Source: an uncultured Haloferacaceae archaeon (GTDB lineage Archaea; Halobacteriota; Halobacteria; Halobacteriales; Haloferacaceae). Taken from it: DNA of 32,420 nucleotides. A program made the translations under genes and the position numbers. The notes under the pieces are model-generated. The model was not told where the DNA came from and did no database searches. It saw only the letters and a list, made by a program, of their open reading frames with translations. Below are positions 18,679 to 27,565 of this stretch, one piece after another (within the stretch, counting starts at the first letter, position 1; every line of letters begins with the position of its first letter). The DNA lies in assembly GCA_964567195.1 (NCBI GenBank), contig CAZMLQ010000005.1:1-32420 (forward strand). Reading direction: 5' to 3'.

Positions 18679-18999
18679 CTGGCGACGATCCCCGGCGACG
18701 GGATCGGCCCGGCGGTGGTCGACGCCGCCGCGATGGATCTGCTCCGCCGGCCCGACGAGTTCGACGTGCTCGTCGCCTCGAACCTGTTCGGCGACGTGCC
18801 GACCGACCTCGCGGCGGCGGTGACCGGGAGGCTCGGGCTCGCGCCGTCGGCGAGCGTCGATCCCGGCGGCGACGGCCCCGGCACCTCCGGGCCGGTCCAC
18901 GGCAGCGCGCCAGACGTCGCCGACCCCGACGCCCCCCATCCCGGACCGCGGCGGGCGGGCACCGAGGGCGTCGCGGCCGACCTCGGGACCCGGATCTAG
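18679..18999 (+). pseudogene. Remnant of an isopropylmalate / isocitrate / tartrate dehydrogenase-family gene (internally deleted, about 106 codons)
   Basis: It translates as LATIPGDGIGPAVVDAAAMDLLRRPDEFDVLVASNLFGDVPTDLAAAVTGRLGLAPSASV...PVHGSAPDVA. The N-terminal GDGIGPxV motif is joined directly to the family's C-terminal-third motifs (NLFGDIxSD, GSLGLxPSA, HGSAPD). There is no plausible full-length ORF, and the tail after HGSAPDVA is divergent. Confidence 0.7.
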
Positions 19000-20360
19000 T
19001 CGAGCGCCCGCCGCAGCCGCGCCAGCGCGTCCGCCTCGGTGCCGAGCGTCTCGGCCGCCGCCCGCAGCTGCGCCACCCCGTCCTCGTCCAGCGCCGCGCC
19101 CGCGGTCGACTCGAACTTCGCGACCAGCCGCGCCTCGTCGAGCGGGGCGGTCGGACCGCCCGGGGCGTGGCGCTGGACCGCCTCGAGCCGGCGGCCGTCA
19201 GTCGTCTCGACGACCACGCGGGCGCCGTAGCCGGCGAACTCGCCGCCGAAGATGCCCGGCTCGAACTCGCGCTCGACCAGCGCCATCGCCGCGCGGGTCT
19301 CGGGGGCGCGGACGTACTCGTCGGTGAACTCCCGGACGCCCGCGTCGCCCTCGCGCAACACGGCGGCGAGACAGAACTCGATCGAGAACTTCGCCTCGAG
19401 CTCGTCGGTCGCGTCGGCGTGGATCAGCATCTCGTCGGCCGCCTCGTCCAGCGTGACGACCACCCGCTCGACCGTCTCGGGCGTCAGGTCGGCCTCCCGG
19501 ACGAGCCCCCGGAGCGCGTCCATCGCCGCGTGGGTGATCACGCCGGAGGGGTAGGGCTTGAAGCCGACGTCGGCGACCGCCCAGCGCTCGCCCAGCCCCT
19601 CGATCACGGCGTCGGGATCGTAGCCGTCGCCGACGGTCATCACGTCGCCGTAGCCCATCTCGCCGTCGAGCACGTCGGTGTCGGCGGTGAAGCCGGCGTC
19701 GGCCAGCGCCGCCGCCCGGACGCCCGCCGCGGCCGCGTGGCCGGCGTGGAGGGGTTTTGTCATCGTGCCGAAGTTGCGCTTCAGCGACGACGAGAGCGAG
19801 GCGACGATCCCGAACGCCCGCCGGGTCGCCTCGACCGAGAGCCCCCGGGCCGAGGCGGCCGCCGCGGCGGCCCCGAACGAGCCCGCCGTGCCCGTGCCGT
19901 GCCAGCCGTTCTCGTAGTGGCTCGGGTAGGTCGCGTCCGCGACCCGGAAGGCCGCCTCGCAGCCGACGGCGTAGGCCACGAGCGCCGCCCGGCCGGCCGC
20001 GAGCCCCGTGGCGCGCTCGCCCTCCAGGGTCGCGAGCGTCGCCGCGAACACCGGCGAGGTCGGGTGGACGACCACCGACTCGAAGGTGTCGTCGTAGTCG
20101 ACGGCGTGGCCGAGGGTGCCGTTGGCGAGGGCCGCCCCCGGCGGGCTGGCGGTCGTCCCGTCGAGCACCGTCGCGGCCTCGCCCGGCGCCGCCCCGGCCA
20201 CGTACGAGCGGATCCGCTCGCCCACCGGGTGGACGGCGCCGTAGACCGCGACCCCCAGGTAGTCCCGGACGGCCGTCCGCGAGGCGTCGTGGATCCGGTC
20301 GGGCACGTCGCCGTGGGCCGTCTCCGCGACGAACCGCGCGAGCGTGGCTGTCTCTCCCAT
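18996..20360 (-). CDS. MmgE/PrpD-family protein (2-methylcitrate dehydratase-like), copy 1
   Basis: 454 aa from the ATG at 20360 (MGETATLARFVAET...VRDYLGVAVYG...DYDDTF...HPTSPV), a typical MmgE_PrpD N-terminus. The upstream 116 codons of the track ORF are G/R-rich shadow. Confidence 0.88.
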   Translation of the reverse strand: MGETATLARFVAETAHGDVPDRIHDASRTAVRDYLGVAVYGAVHPVGERIRSYVAGAAPGEAATVLDGTTASPPGAALANGTLGHAVDYDDTFESVVVHPTSPVFAATLATLEGERATGLAAGRAALVAYAVGCEAAFRVADATYPSHYENGWHGTGTAGSFGAAAAAASARGLSVEATRRAFGIVASLSSSLKRNFGTMTKPLHAGHAAAAGVRAAALADAGFTADTDVLDGEMGYGDVMTVGDGYDPDAVIEGLGERWAVADVGFKPYPSGVITHAAMDALRGLVREADLTPETVERVVVTLDEAADEMLIHADATDELEAKFSIEFCLAAVLREGDAGVREFTDEYVRAPETRAAMALVEREFEPGIFGGEFAGYGARVVVETTDGRRLEAVQRHAPGGPTAPLDEARLVAKFESTAGAALDEDGVAQLRAAAETLGTEADALARLRRALD

Positions 20361-20420
20361 ACCCGGGTCGGCGGGGCCACGGGCATCAAGCTCCCGGTCC
20401 CGGCGACCGCCCGCGCCGTT

Positions 20421-21500
20421 ATGCGCCACCGGCCCCTCGGACCGGCCGTGACCCGAACCGTCGCCTGTCTCGACGGCCTCGACCCCGCCTACCTCGACGC
20501 CGCGCCGACGCCGGCGTGGGACCGGATCGCCGCCGCCGGGGCGGCCGGGACCTGCGAGGGACTGGTCCCCACGCTCACCAACGTCAACAACGTCGGGATC
20601 GCGACGGGCCGGCCGCCGGCCGAGACCGGGATCGCCGGCAACAGCCGCCACGACGGCGCCGGCGGCGAGGCCTACACCGAGGCCGAGGGGAGCCGGGTCG
20701 AGACCCACCTCGCCCGCGCCGCCGCCGCCGGCGCCGACGCCGTCGTGCTCGTCGCCAAGGCCAAGCTGGAGGGGCTCGTCGGCGCGGGCGCGAGCTACGT
20801 CGCCAGCGCCGAGTCACCCCCGGCCGCGCTGGAGCGGGCGGTCGGCGCCGCGCCCGACATCTACTCCGGCGCGGCGAGCGCGTGGCTGCTCGACGCCGCC
20901 GCCCACCTCGCCGCCACCCGCGCGCCAGACCTGCTCTACGTCTCCACCACCGACGTGGTGGCACACGGCCACGCCCCGGACGAGCCGGCCGCCCGCGAGT
21001 GGGTGCGCGCGCTCGACGACGGGCTCGACGCGCTCGCCGGGCACGGGCCGCTCGTCGCCGTCGCCGACCACGGCATGAACGAGAAGCGCCGCCGGGTCGA
21101 CCTCCGCGGGCTCGTCGGCCCCGACGCGACCGTGGTCCGGCCGATCCGCGACCGCCACACCGACCACCACCGCAACCTCGGCGGGGCGGCCTACGTCCAC
21201 GCCGCGCCAGACGGCGACGGCGACGGCGGCCTCGACCGCGACCGACTCCGGGCCGTCGACGGCGTCGAGCGCGTGCTCGGGCCGGCGGCCGCCGCCGACC
21301 GGTTCGCGCTCTTGCCCGATCGGGTGGGCGAGGCGCTGGTGCTTGGCGACCGCGAGACGGTCTTTGGCCCCGTCGCGGACGGGACCGCCGACGCGGTCGA
21401 GCTTCGCTCGCACGGCTCGGTCCACGAGCGGACGGTGCCGTACCTCAGCTCGACGGGGGCGACGCTGGCCGAGAGCCGGCGGGCCTTCGACGCGCTCTAG
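20421..21500 (+). CDS. Alkaline-phosphatase-superfamily hydrolase, phosphonoacetate hydrolase (PhnA)-like
   Basis: Candidate Thr-nucleophile motif VPTLTNVNNVGIATGRPPAETGIAGN, and metal-ligand motifs YVSTTDVVAHGHAP, VAVADHGMN and LRSHGSVHE. I trimmed the start to the ATG at 20421. Confidence 0.8.
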   Translation: MRHRPLGPAVTRTVACLDGLDPAYLDAAPTPAWDRIAAAGAAGTCEGLVPTLTNVNNVGIATGRPPAETGIAGNSRHDGAGGEAYTEAEGSRVETHLARAAAAGADAVVLVAKAKLEGLVGAGASYVASAESPPAALERAVGAAPDIYSGAASAWLLDAAAHLAATRAPDLLYVSTTDVVAHGHAPDEPAAREWVRALDDGLDALAGHGPLVAVADHGMNEKRRRVDLRGLVGPDATVVRPIRDRHTDHHRNLGGAAYVHAAPDGDGDGGLDRDRLRAVDGVERVLGPAAAADRFALLPDRVGEALVLGDRETVFGPVADGTADAVELRSHGSVHERTVPYLSSTGATLAESRRAFDAL

Positions 21501-22729
21501 GGGATGCCGCCGGCCGCGCGCAGGGCGTCGAGGTCGGCGTCGTCGTAGCCGAGCTCGCGCAACACGGCCTCGGTGTCCTCGCCCAGCAGGGGCGGCGGGG
21601 AGTCGAAGCCGGGATCGAGACGGCGGAAGTTCAGCGGGTGTTCGACGACCGGGACGGTGCCGGCGCTCGGGTGGTCGAGCTCGGTGACGACCCCGCGGGC
21701 CTCGGTCTGCTCGCTCTCGAAGGCCTCGGGCACCGTGTTGACCGGGCCGACGGGGACGCCGTGCTCGTCGGCGAGCAGGTCCACCCACTCGTCGGTGGGG
21801 CGCTCGCGAAAGACCGCCGACAGCTCGGTCTCGAGCTCGTCCATGTGCTCGACCCGGTCGGCGTTGGTGGCGAAACGGTCGTCGGCCGCGAGGTCGGGGC
21901 GCTCGATCGCCGTACACAGCGCCTCCCAGAGCTTCTGGTTCCCACAGCCGACGTTGAGGTAGCCGTCGGCGGTCGGGTAGGCCTGGTAGGGCGCGAGCAC
22001 CGGGTCCTTCGTCCCCATCCGGCCGGGCGTCTCGCCGACGAAGGCCTTCCCCGCCTGCTTGGTCAGCCACGGGAGCGCGGCGTCGTGCATCCCGAGTTCG
22101 ATCCGGTCGCCCTCGCCGGTCCGCTCGCGGGCCAGCAGCGAGCCGGTGATGCCAAACGCCGCCCACATCGCGGTGATCAGGTCCGTCTGGGGCAGGCCGA
22201 CCTTGCACGGCTCGCCGTCCTCGGGGCCCGTCACGGACATGATGCCGCTGGTGCCCTGGACCAGCAGGTCGTAGCCCGGCCGCTTCGCCCACGGCCCGGT
22301 CTCGCCGAACGCGGAGATCGAGCAGTAGATCACGCTCTCGTTGACCGCACGGACGTCGTCGTAGGCGACGCCCAGTCGCTCGGCGGTGCCGGGCCGGAAG
22401 TTCTCGAGGAAGACGTCGGCCTCGCTCGCCAGGTCGAGCAGGGCGGCGTGGCCCGCCTCGGTCTTGAGGTCGAACTCGACGCTTCGCTTGTCGTAGTTGA
22501 TCGTCCAGAAGTACGGCGACTCGCCGCCCTCGGCCGCGGTCGTTCCCGGTCCCTCGGTCGGCTCGGGCTCGACGAACGGCGGGCCCGAGTGGCGGTTGTC
22601 GTCGCCGACGCCGGGGCGTTCGACCTTGATCACGTCGGCGCCCTGGTTGGCGAGCATCAGCGACGCGAACCCGCCGGTGACGAACGTCGTCAGATCGACG
22701 ACGGTGACGCCGTCGAGAAAGCCGGACAT
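21497..22729 (-). CDS. Family III CoA-transferase (CaiB/BaiF/Frc type), copy 1
   Basis: LDGVTVVDLTTFVTGGFASLMLANQGADVIKVERP and the catalytic-Asp region PGYDLLVQGTSGIMSVTG are present. ATG at 22729. Confidence 0.9.
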   Translation of the reverse strand: MSGFLDGVTVVDLTTFVTGGFASLMLANQGADVIKVERPGVGDDNRHSGPPFVEPEPTEGPGTTAAEGGESPYFWTINYDKRSVEFDLKTEAGHAALLDLASEADVFLENFRPGTAERLGVAYDDVRAVNESVIYCSISAFGETGPWAKRPGYDLLVQGTSGIMSVTGPEDGEPCKVGLPQTDLITAMWAAFGITGSLLARERTGEGDRIELGMHDAALPWLTKQAGKAFVGETPGRMGTKDPVLAPYQAYPTADGYLNVGCGNQKLWEALCTAIERPDLAADDRFATNADRVEHMDELETELSAVFRERPTDEWVDLLADEHGVPVGPVNTVPEAFESEQTEARGVVTELDHPSAGTVPVVEHPLNFRRLDPGFDSPPPLLGEDTEAVLRELGYDDADLDALRAAGGIP

Positions 22730-22862
22730 GACCCGACCCCCGCCGCCGGGCGTCTTAGTCGTTTCCCGTGGCCGACGGGTCGTCGCCGTCCGTGCCGACC
22801 CGGACCGTCCCTCGTCCACGTGTGACGCCCCCCCAGCCGGCCGGTCTCGCCGGGACGCGCCG

Positions 22863-22871
22863 GTTTTAGTG
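22863..22871 (+). promoter_or_regulatory. TATA-like box (gttttagtg) about 27 nt upstream of the MFS start codon
   Basis: It is the only A/T-rich element near the 3' end of the 164-nt divergent intergenic region. The spacing fits a leaderless transcript starting at the GTG at 22894. Confidence 0.4.
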
Positions 22872-22893
22872 ACCGGCTCGCCACCGAACGGAC

Positions 22894-24126
22894 GTGTCCG
22901 GAGAGACCGTCACGGCCAGCGGCGCGCGGCGCCGGGAGTCGCTGGTCCGGGGCTACGGCGGCCGTCTGCTCGCGGTCGTCTCGCTTGGCTGGCTGACGAT
23001 CCAGGGCGGCCGACTGTTGCTCTCGCCGATGCTGCCCCGGATCATCGCCGACCTCTCGATCACCCCCTTCCTCGCCGGGGTGGCGCTCTCGACGCTCTGG
23101 GGGGTGTACGCCCTGCTCCAGTACCCGAGCGGCCGGCTCTCGGACCGGCTCTCGCGGAAGGCGCTGCTGGTCGCGGGGCTGGCGCTGGGGATCGCCGGCT
23201 TCGGCCTCGTCGGCCTCGCTCCCACCTACCCCGTCTTCCTGGTCGGGGCGGCCGTGCTCGGCCTCGGCGCCGGCCTCTATCCGACCGCCGCCCGCGCGCT
23301 CATCTCCGATCACTTCGTCGAGAAGCGCGGCGGCGCGTTCGGCCTCCACACCGCCTCCGGCGACGTGGGCGGCGGGCTCGCCGCCGGCCTCGCGGTGGTC
23401 GCACTCGCGGCCGCCACCTGGCGGGTCGCCTTCCTCCCCGTGGTGGTCGTGCTCGCGGTGGCGCTGGTCTGGCTCCACCGTCTCGGCCGGGAGGGCTACG
23501 CGCTCCGGCGGGTCGACCTGGACGTGCGCGGCGCCGCCGGCCGGCTGTTCGCCGACGCCGACACCCGGCGTCTGATCGGCGCCTACGCCTGCTTCGCGTT
23601 CGTCTGGCAGTCGACCGCGAGCTTCCTGCCCACCTTCCTCCGGGAGGCCAAGACGCTCTCGCCGGCGGTGGCCTCGGCCGGCTTCGCCGGCCTCTTTCTG
23701 GTCGGTGCGGTCGTCAAGCCGCTCTCGGGCCGGATCGGCGACCGGTTCGGCAAGGCCCCCGTCGCCGCCGGCGCGATCAGTCTCGCCGCCGGCTCGCTCG
23801 CGCTGGTCGTCCTCGTCGACGGCCCGGTCGCCGTCGTCGCCGCCACCCTGCCCTACGCCGCCGGGCTGATGGCCTACCCCCCGGCGATGCAGTCGTATCT
23901 GATGGACGTCTTCCCCGACGCGAGCATGGGCGCCGACCTCGGGTTCGCGCGCACCGTCTACATCGGCCTCGGCGCGCTCGGCCCGGCCTACGTCGGCTTC
24001 GTCGCCGAGCGAGCCTCCTACCGCGTCGCGTTCGCCGGGCTCGTCGCCCTCCTCGTCGTCGCGGCCGCGGTCATCGTCCGCCGGCTCCCGACGGGGGGCG
24101 ACGCGGCCGCCGCGGCGGACGGCTGA
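22894..24126 (+). CDS. MFS transporter
   Basis: About 12 predicted hydrophobic segments. MFS motif A (GRLSDRLSRK) is present and repeats in the second half (GRIGDRFGK). GTG start. Confidence 0.88.
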   Translation: MSGETVTASGARRRESLVRGYGGRLLAVVSLGWLTIQGGRLLLSPMLPRIIADLSITPFLAGVALSTLWGVYALLQYPSGRLSDRLSRKALLVAGLALGIAGFGLVGLAPTYPVFLVGAAVLGLGAGLYPTAARALISDHFVEKRGGAFGLHTASGDVGGGLAAGLAVVALAAATWRVAFLPVVVVLAVALVWLHRLGREGYALRRVDLDVRGAAGRLFADADTRRLIGAYACFAFVWQSTASFLPTFLREAKTLSPAVASAGFAGLFLVGAVVKPLSGRIGDRFGKAPVAAGAISLAAGSLALVVLVDGPVAVVAATLPYAAGLMAYPPAMQSYLMDVFPDASMGADLGFARTVYIGLGALGPAYVGFVAERASYRVAFAGLVALLVVAAAVIVRRLPTGGDAAAAADG

Positions 24127-24145
24127 CCGCCCGGCCCGCCCGCGC

Positions 24146-24523
24146 TCACGCCAGCGACTCGACGAGTTCGAGCACGTAGCCCTCGGGGTCCTCGACGAAC
24201 GCCACCCGCGAGCCCGCGGCCTCGACGGTCCGGGGCTCGACGACGACCGGACAGCCCGTCTCGTCGACCAGCGCCTCGAAGGCGGCGTCCACGTCGTCGA
24301 CGCCGACCGCGACGTGATCGAGCGTCTCGCGGTCTGGCGCGACCGGCGTCTCGCGGTCGGGGTCGTGGCGGAACTGGAGTTCGCCGCCCTCGCCGCCGAC
24401 GTAGACGTTCTCGACGCCGTCGGCGGTGAACGAGCCCCGCTCGTCCAGCCCCACCGCGTCGACGTAGAACGAGCGCATCGCCTCGAGGTCCTCGACGTGG
24501 ACGGCCGTGTGGATCACGTCCAT
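24146..24523 (-). CDS. VOC (glyoxalase/bleomycin-resistance/dioxygenase) family protein
   Basis: 125 aa with a paired beta-alpha-beta-beta-beta signature: N-terminal HTAVHVEDLEAMRSFY and C-terminal DHVAVGVDDVD...FVEDPEGYVLELVE. Confidence 0.8.
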   Translation of the reverse strand: MDVIHTAVHVEDLEAMRSFYVDAVGLDERGSFTADGVENVYVGGEGGELQFRHDPDRETPVAPDRETLDHVAVGVDDVDAAFEALVDETGCPVVVEPRTVEAAGSRVAFVEDPEGYVLELVESLA

Positions 24524-24594
24524 ACCCGCCGGTCGGGCCCCGGGCTCATAGGTGCGCCGGCGGCTCTATTAGGCCCCCGGCCCGCCCCGCCGAC

Positions 24595-25032
24595 ATGGAC
24601 GAGTCGGCCGTCGAGTTCGTCGCCGAACTCGGGGTTCGCTTTCGCGACGTCGACGCGATGGGCCACGTGAACAACGCCGTCTACGCCACCTACCTCGAAC
24701 AGGCACGCGCCGAGTACTTCGGCGAGGTGGTCGGCCGGCCGCTCGACGACGTGGGCACGGTACTCGTCGACCTCCACGTCGAGTACCGCCGGCCGATCGA
24801 ACTCGCCGACGACACCGTGACGGTCCGGCTGCGCGTGGCAGACGTGGGCGAGTCCAGCGTCGAGATGGCCTACGAGGTGTGCGCCGGCGGCGAGGTGGCC
24901 GCGACCGCCGAGACGACCCAGGTGGTGATCGACGACGACGGCCGCCCACGTCGGGTGCCGGCGGACTGGCGCGAGCGGATCGCGGCGCGGGCGCGGGCCC
25001 GGGCGGACGAGAGCGACGGGAGGACGGACTGA
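24595..25032 (+). CDS. Acyl-CoA thioesterase, 4HBT/YbgC hotdog family
   Basis: The motif FRDVDAMGHVNNAVYATYLEQAR (catalytic Asp plus GHVNN) is typical of YbgC/4HBT thioesterases. A TATA-like ctattagg at 24566-24573 lies about 26 nt upstream. Confidence 0.82.
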   Translation: MDESAVEFVAELGVRFRDVDAMGHVNNAVYATYLEQARAEYFGEVVGRPLDDVGTVLVDLHVEYRRPIELADDTVTVRLRVADVGESSVEMAYEVCAGGEVAATAETTQVVIDDDGRPRRVPADWRERIAARARARADESDGRTD

Positions 25033-25045
25033 GGCCGGCCCCGTG

Positions 25046-25054
25046 GATTTAGGT
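25046..25054 (+). promoter_or_regulatory. TATA-like box (gatttaggt) about 27 nt upstream of the second MmgE/PrpD gene
   Basis: Read directly. It has the same tTTAGg core and spacing as the boxes at 13959, 22863 and 8489. Confidence 0.4.
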
Positions 25055-25076
25055 CGCGGGGCGCGTCCCCCCGGCC

Positions 25077-26492
25077 ATGAGCGATTCGAGCGCGACCGAG
25101 CGACTCGTCGAGCACGCCCTCGCGACCGCCGAGACCGGCCTCTCGGAGGCGGTCCGGGACCGACTCGGCCAGCATCTCCTCGACACGCTGGGGGTGAGCA
25201 TCGGCGGCGAGGCGGTGGCGGCCTCCAGCCCCGCGATGGCCGCGGCGGTCGCCGATCTCGCCGGCACCGGCGGCGAGGCGACCGTCCTCGCGACCGGCGA
25301 GCGCCGGCCGGCCGCCGACGCCGCGCTGTTGAACGGCGCCTATGCCCACAGCCTCGACTTCGACGACACCCACCGCGAGTCCTCGCTCCACCCCGGCGCG
25401 GCGGTCGTGCCGGCGGCGCTCGCGGTCGCCGAGCGCGAGGGCGCGACCGCCGACCGCACCCTCGCGGGGATCGCGGCGGGCTACGACGTGGCCTGTACGG
25501 TCGGGCGCGCGGTCGGGCCCGACGCCCACTACGACCGGGGCTTTCACCTCACCGCCACCTGTGGCACCTTCGGCGCGACCGCGGCCGCGGGCGTGGTGGC
25601 GGGGCTCTCGCGGGCCGAACTCGTCGCCGCGTTCGGCGTCAACGGCTCGCAGGCCGCCGGCTCGCTCCAGTTTCTCGCCAACGGAGCCTGGAACAAGCGT
25701 CTCCACCCCGGGCTGGCCGCCCGCCGGGCCGTCGAGGCCGTCGCCCTCGGCGCGGCCGGCTTTCGCGGCGCCGACCGCCCGCTCGAGGGCGAGTTCGGCT
25801 TCCTCCGCGCCTACTCCGACGAGCCGAACCCGGCGGCCGTCGACGACGTCGGCGACCGGTCGGCGGTGCTGGAGACGGCGCTCAAGCCCTACCCCTGCTG
25901 TCGGTACACCCACCCCGCGCTCGACGCGCTGGTCGAGCTCTCGGACGCGGTCGACCCCTCGGCGGTCGACCGGATCGTCGTCGACCTGCCGAGCCCGGGC
26001 GTCAGGCTCACCGGCGATCCGATCGCGGCCAAGCGCCGGCCGGAGAACTTCGTCGACTGCCAGTTCAGCATGCCCTTCGCCGCCGCGCTGGCGCTCGAGC
26101 GGGGCGAGGCCGGCCTCGCGGCCTTCCGCGCCGCACAGGACGGCCTCGACGACCCCGACCGCCGGCGGCTGATGGACGCCACCGAGGTCGTCACCACCGA
26201 CGCGGTCGCCGAGCGCTTCCCCGAGCGGTGGGCCGCCCGCGTCGTGGTCGAGGCCGGCGGCGACCGCCACGAGCGACTGGTCGAGACCGCCCGCGGCGAG
26301 CCCGAGCGCCCGCTGGGCTGGACGGGTGTGACCGAGAAGTTCGCGGAGCTCGCCGCCGCCGCCGGCGTGTCGACGGCCGACGCCGACCGGATCGTGGACG
26401 CCACCCGCGGGCTGACCGACGGCGAGCGCCCGCTCGACGAGCTCGTCGGCGCGCTCCGGGCGGCCGCCGCGCCCGCCTCGACCGCCGACTAG
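25077..26492 (+). CDS. MmgE/PrpD-family protein, copy 2
   Basis: 471 aa with full-length MmgE_PrpD architecture (LVEHALAT...LDTLGVSIGG...DFDDTH...HPGAAV...KPYPCCRYTHPALDA). Confidence 0.88.
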   Translation: MSDSSATERLVEHALATAETGLSEAVRDRLGQHLLDTLGVSIGGEAVAASSPAMAAAVADLAGTGGEATVLATGERRPAADAALLNGAYAHSLDFDDTHRESSLHPGAAVVPAALAVAEREGATADRTLAGIAAGYDVACTVGRAVGPDAHYDRGFHLTATCGTFGATAAAGVVAGLSRAELVAAFGVNGSQAAGSLQFLANGAWNKRLHPGLAARRAVEAVALGAAGFRGADRPLEGEFGFLRAYSDEPNPAAVDDVGDRSAVLETALKPYPCCRYTHPALDALVELSDAVDPSAVDRIVVDLPSPGVRLTGDPIAAKRRPENFVDCQFSMPFAAALALERGEAGLAAFRAAQDGLDDPDRRRLMDATEVVTTDAVAERFPERWAARVVVEAGGDRHERLVETARGEPERPLGWTGVTEKFAELAAAAGVSTADADRIVDATRGLTDGERPLDELVGALRAAAAPASTAD

Positions 26493-27565
26493 AGCACCGA
26501 GACGCCCCGCTCGGCGCCGAGCCCCCGCAGCCGCTCGACGATCCGGTCGTCGAGCGGGATCCCCTCCTCGCGTCGACGCCCGCACGTCTCGTGCTCGACG
26601 GCGCCCGGGAGCCGGTAGCGCTCGCCCGTCGCACCCGCTCCGGGCCCCGGTCCGGTCGCGTAGTCGGCCTCGCGGAGGTGGGCGGCGAGCGCCGCCACCC
26701 GGTCGCACACGCCGGCGCGGTCGGTGAACGCCAGCGGATCGACCGCGAGAAAGAGCGCGGCGTTGTTCGACCGGCCGGGCTCGACGGCGCCGGCGACCGG
26801 CGCGGCGCCCGCGATCCCCGCGAACAGCTCGGCGATCACGGCGAGGCCGGTCCCCTTGTAGCCCGCGGTCCGCCCGCCGAGCGGGAGGAGCGCGCCCGCG
26901 CCGGCCTCGAACGCCGCGGCGTCGGTGACGGGCTCGCCGGCGTCGTCGGTCGTCCAGCCCGCCGGCGCCGGCTCGCCGGTGGCCGCGCGCTCGCGGAGCT
27001 TCCCGTGGGCGACCTGGCTGGTGGCGAGATCGAGCACGAGGTCGTGATCGAGCGCGTCGAAGGTCGGCACGGCGAAGGTGAGCGGGTTGGTCGAGAGCCG
27101 GCGGTCGGCGCTGCCGGCCGGCGCGACGGTGTGGCCGCCGCCGCCGGAGTTGACGAACGAGGCGAAGCAGTAGCCGGCCGCGGCGGTCCGCTCGGCCCAC
27201 TCGCCGACCCGGCCGAGGTGGGTGGCCCGGCGCAGGCCGACCGCGGCCACGCCCGTCTCGCCCGCCCGCTCGGTCAGGCGGGCGACCGCCTCGCGGCCGA
27301 CCACCTGGCCGTAGGCGTTCCGGCCGTCGATCGAGGCGAGCGCCGGCGTCGCCCGCTCGACGGCCGGGCTCGCGGTCGGATCGATCACGCCCGCCTCGAC
27401 GAGGTCGGCGTAGTAGGGCAGCCGGAGGACGCCGTGGGAGCCGTGGCCGCGCAGGTCGGCGTCGACGAGGCTCTCGGCCACCGCCGCGGCCGTCGACTCG
27501 GGCGCCCCCTCGGCCGCGAGCAGGCTCGTCGCCGCCGCCGTCAGCCGCTCGGGTTCGACGCGCAT
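26489..27565 (-). CDS. Ldh_2-family NAD(P)-dependent 2-hydroxyacid dehydrogenase (malate/L-lactate/sulfolactate/ureidoglycolate dehydrogenase family)
   Basis: ATG at 27565 (MRVEPERL...). Motifs DLRGHGSHGVLRLPYY, HLGRVGEWAE and STNPLTFAVP are typical of Ldh_2. Confidence 0.85.
   Translation of the reverse strand: MRVEPERLTAAATSLLAAEGAPESTAAAVAESLVDADLRGHGSHGVLRLPYYADLVEAGVIDPTASPAVERATPALASIDGRNAYGQVVGREAVARLTERAGETGVAAVGLRRATHLGRVGEWAERTAAAGYCFASFVNSGGGGHTVAPAGSADRRLSTNPLTFAVPTFDALDHDLVLDLATSQVAHGKLRERAATGEPAPAGWTTDDAGEPVTDAAAFEAGAGALLPLGGRTAGYKGTGLAVIAELFAGIAGAAPVAGAVEPGRSNNAALFLAVDPLAFTDRAGVCDRVAALAAHLREADYATGPGPGAGATGERYRLPGAVEHETCGRRREEGIPLDDRIVERLRGLGAERGVSVL

Noticed and set aside
18626-18823. 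65-aa ORF (and the 18715-18999 94-aa ORF) as independent small genes
   Set aside because: The first is an R/S-rich off-frame product. The second is simply the in-frame tail of the dehydrogenase-family relic and lacks the N-terminal two-thirds of the fold.
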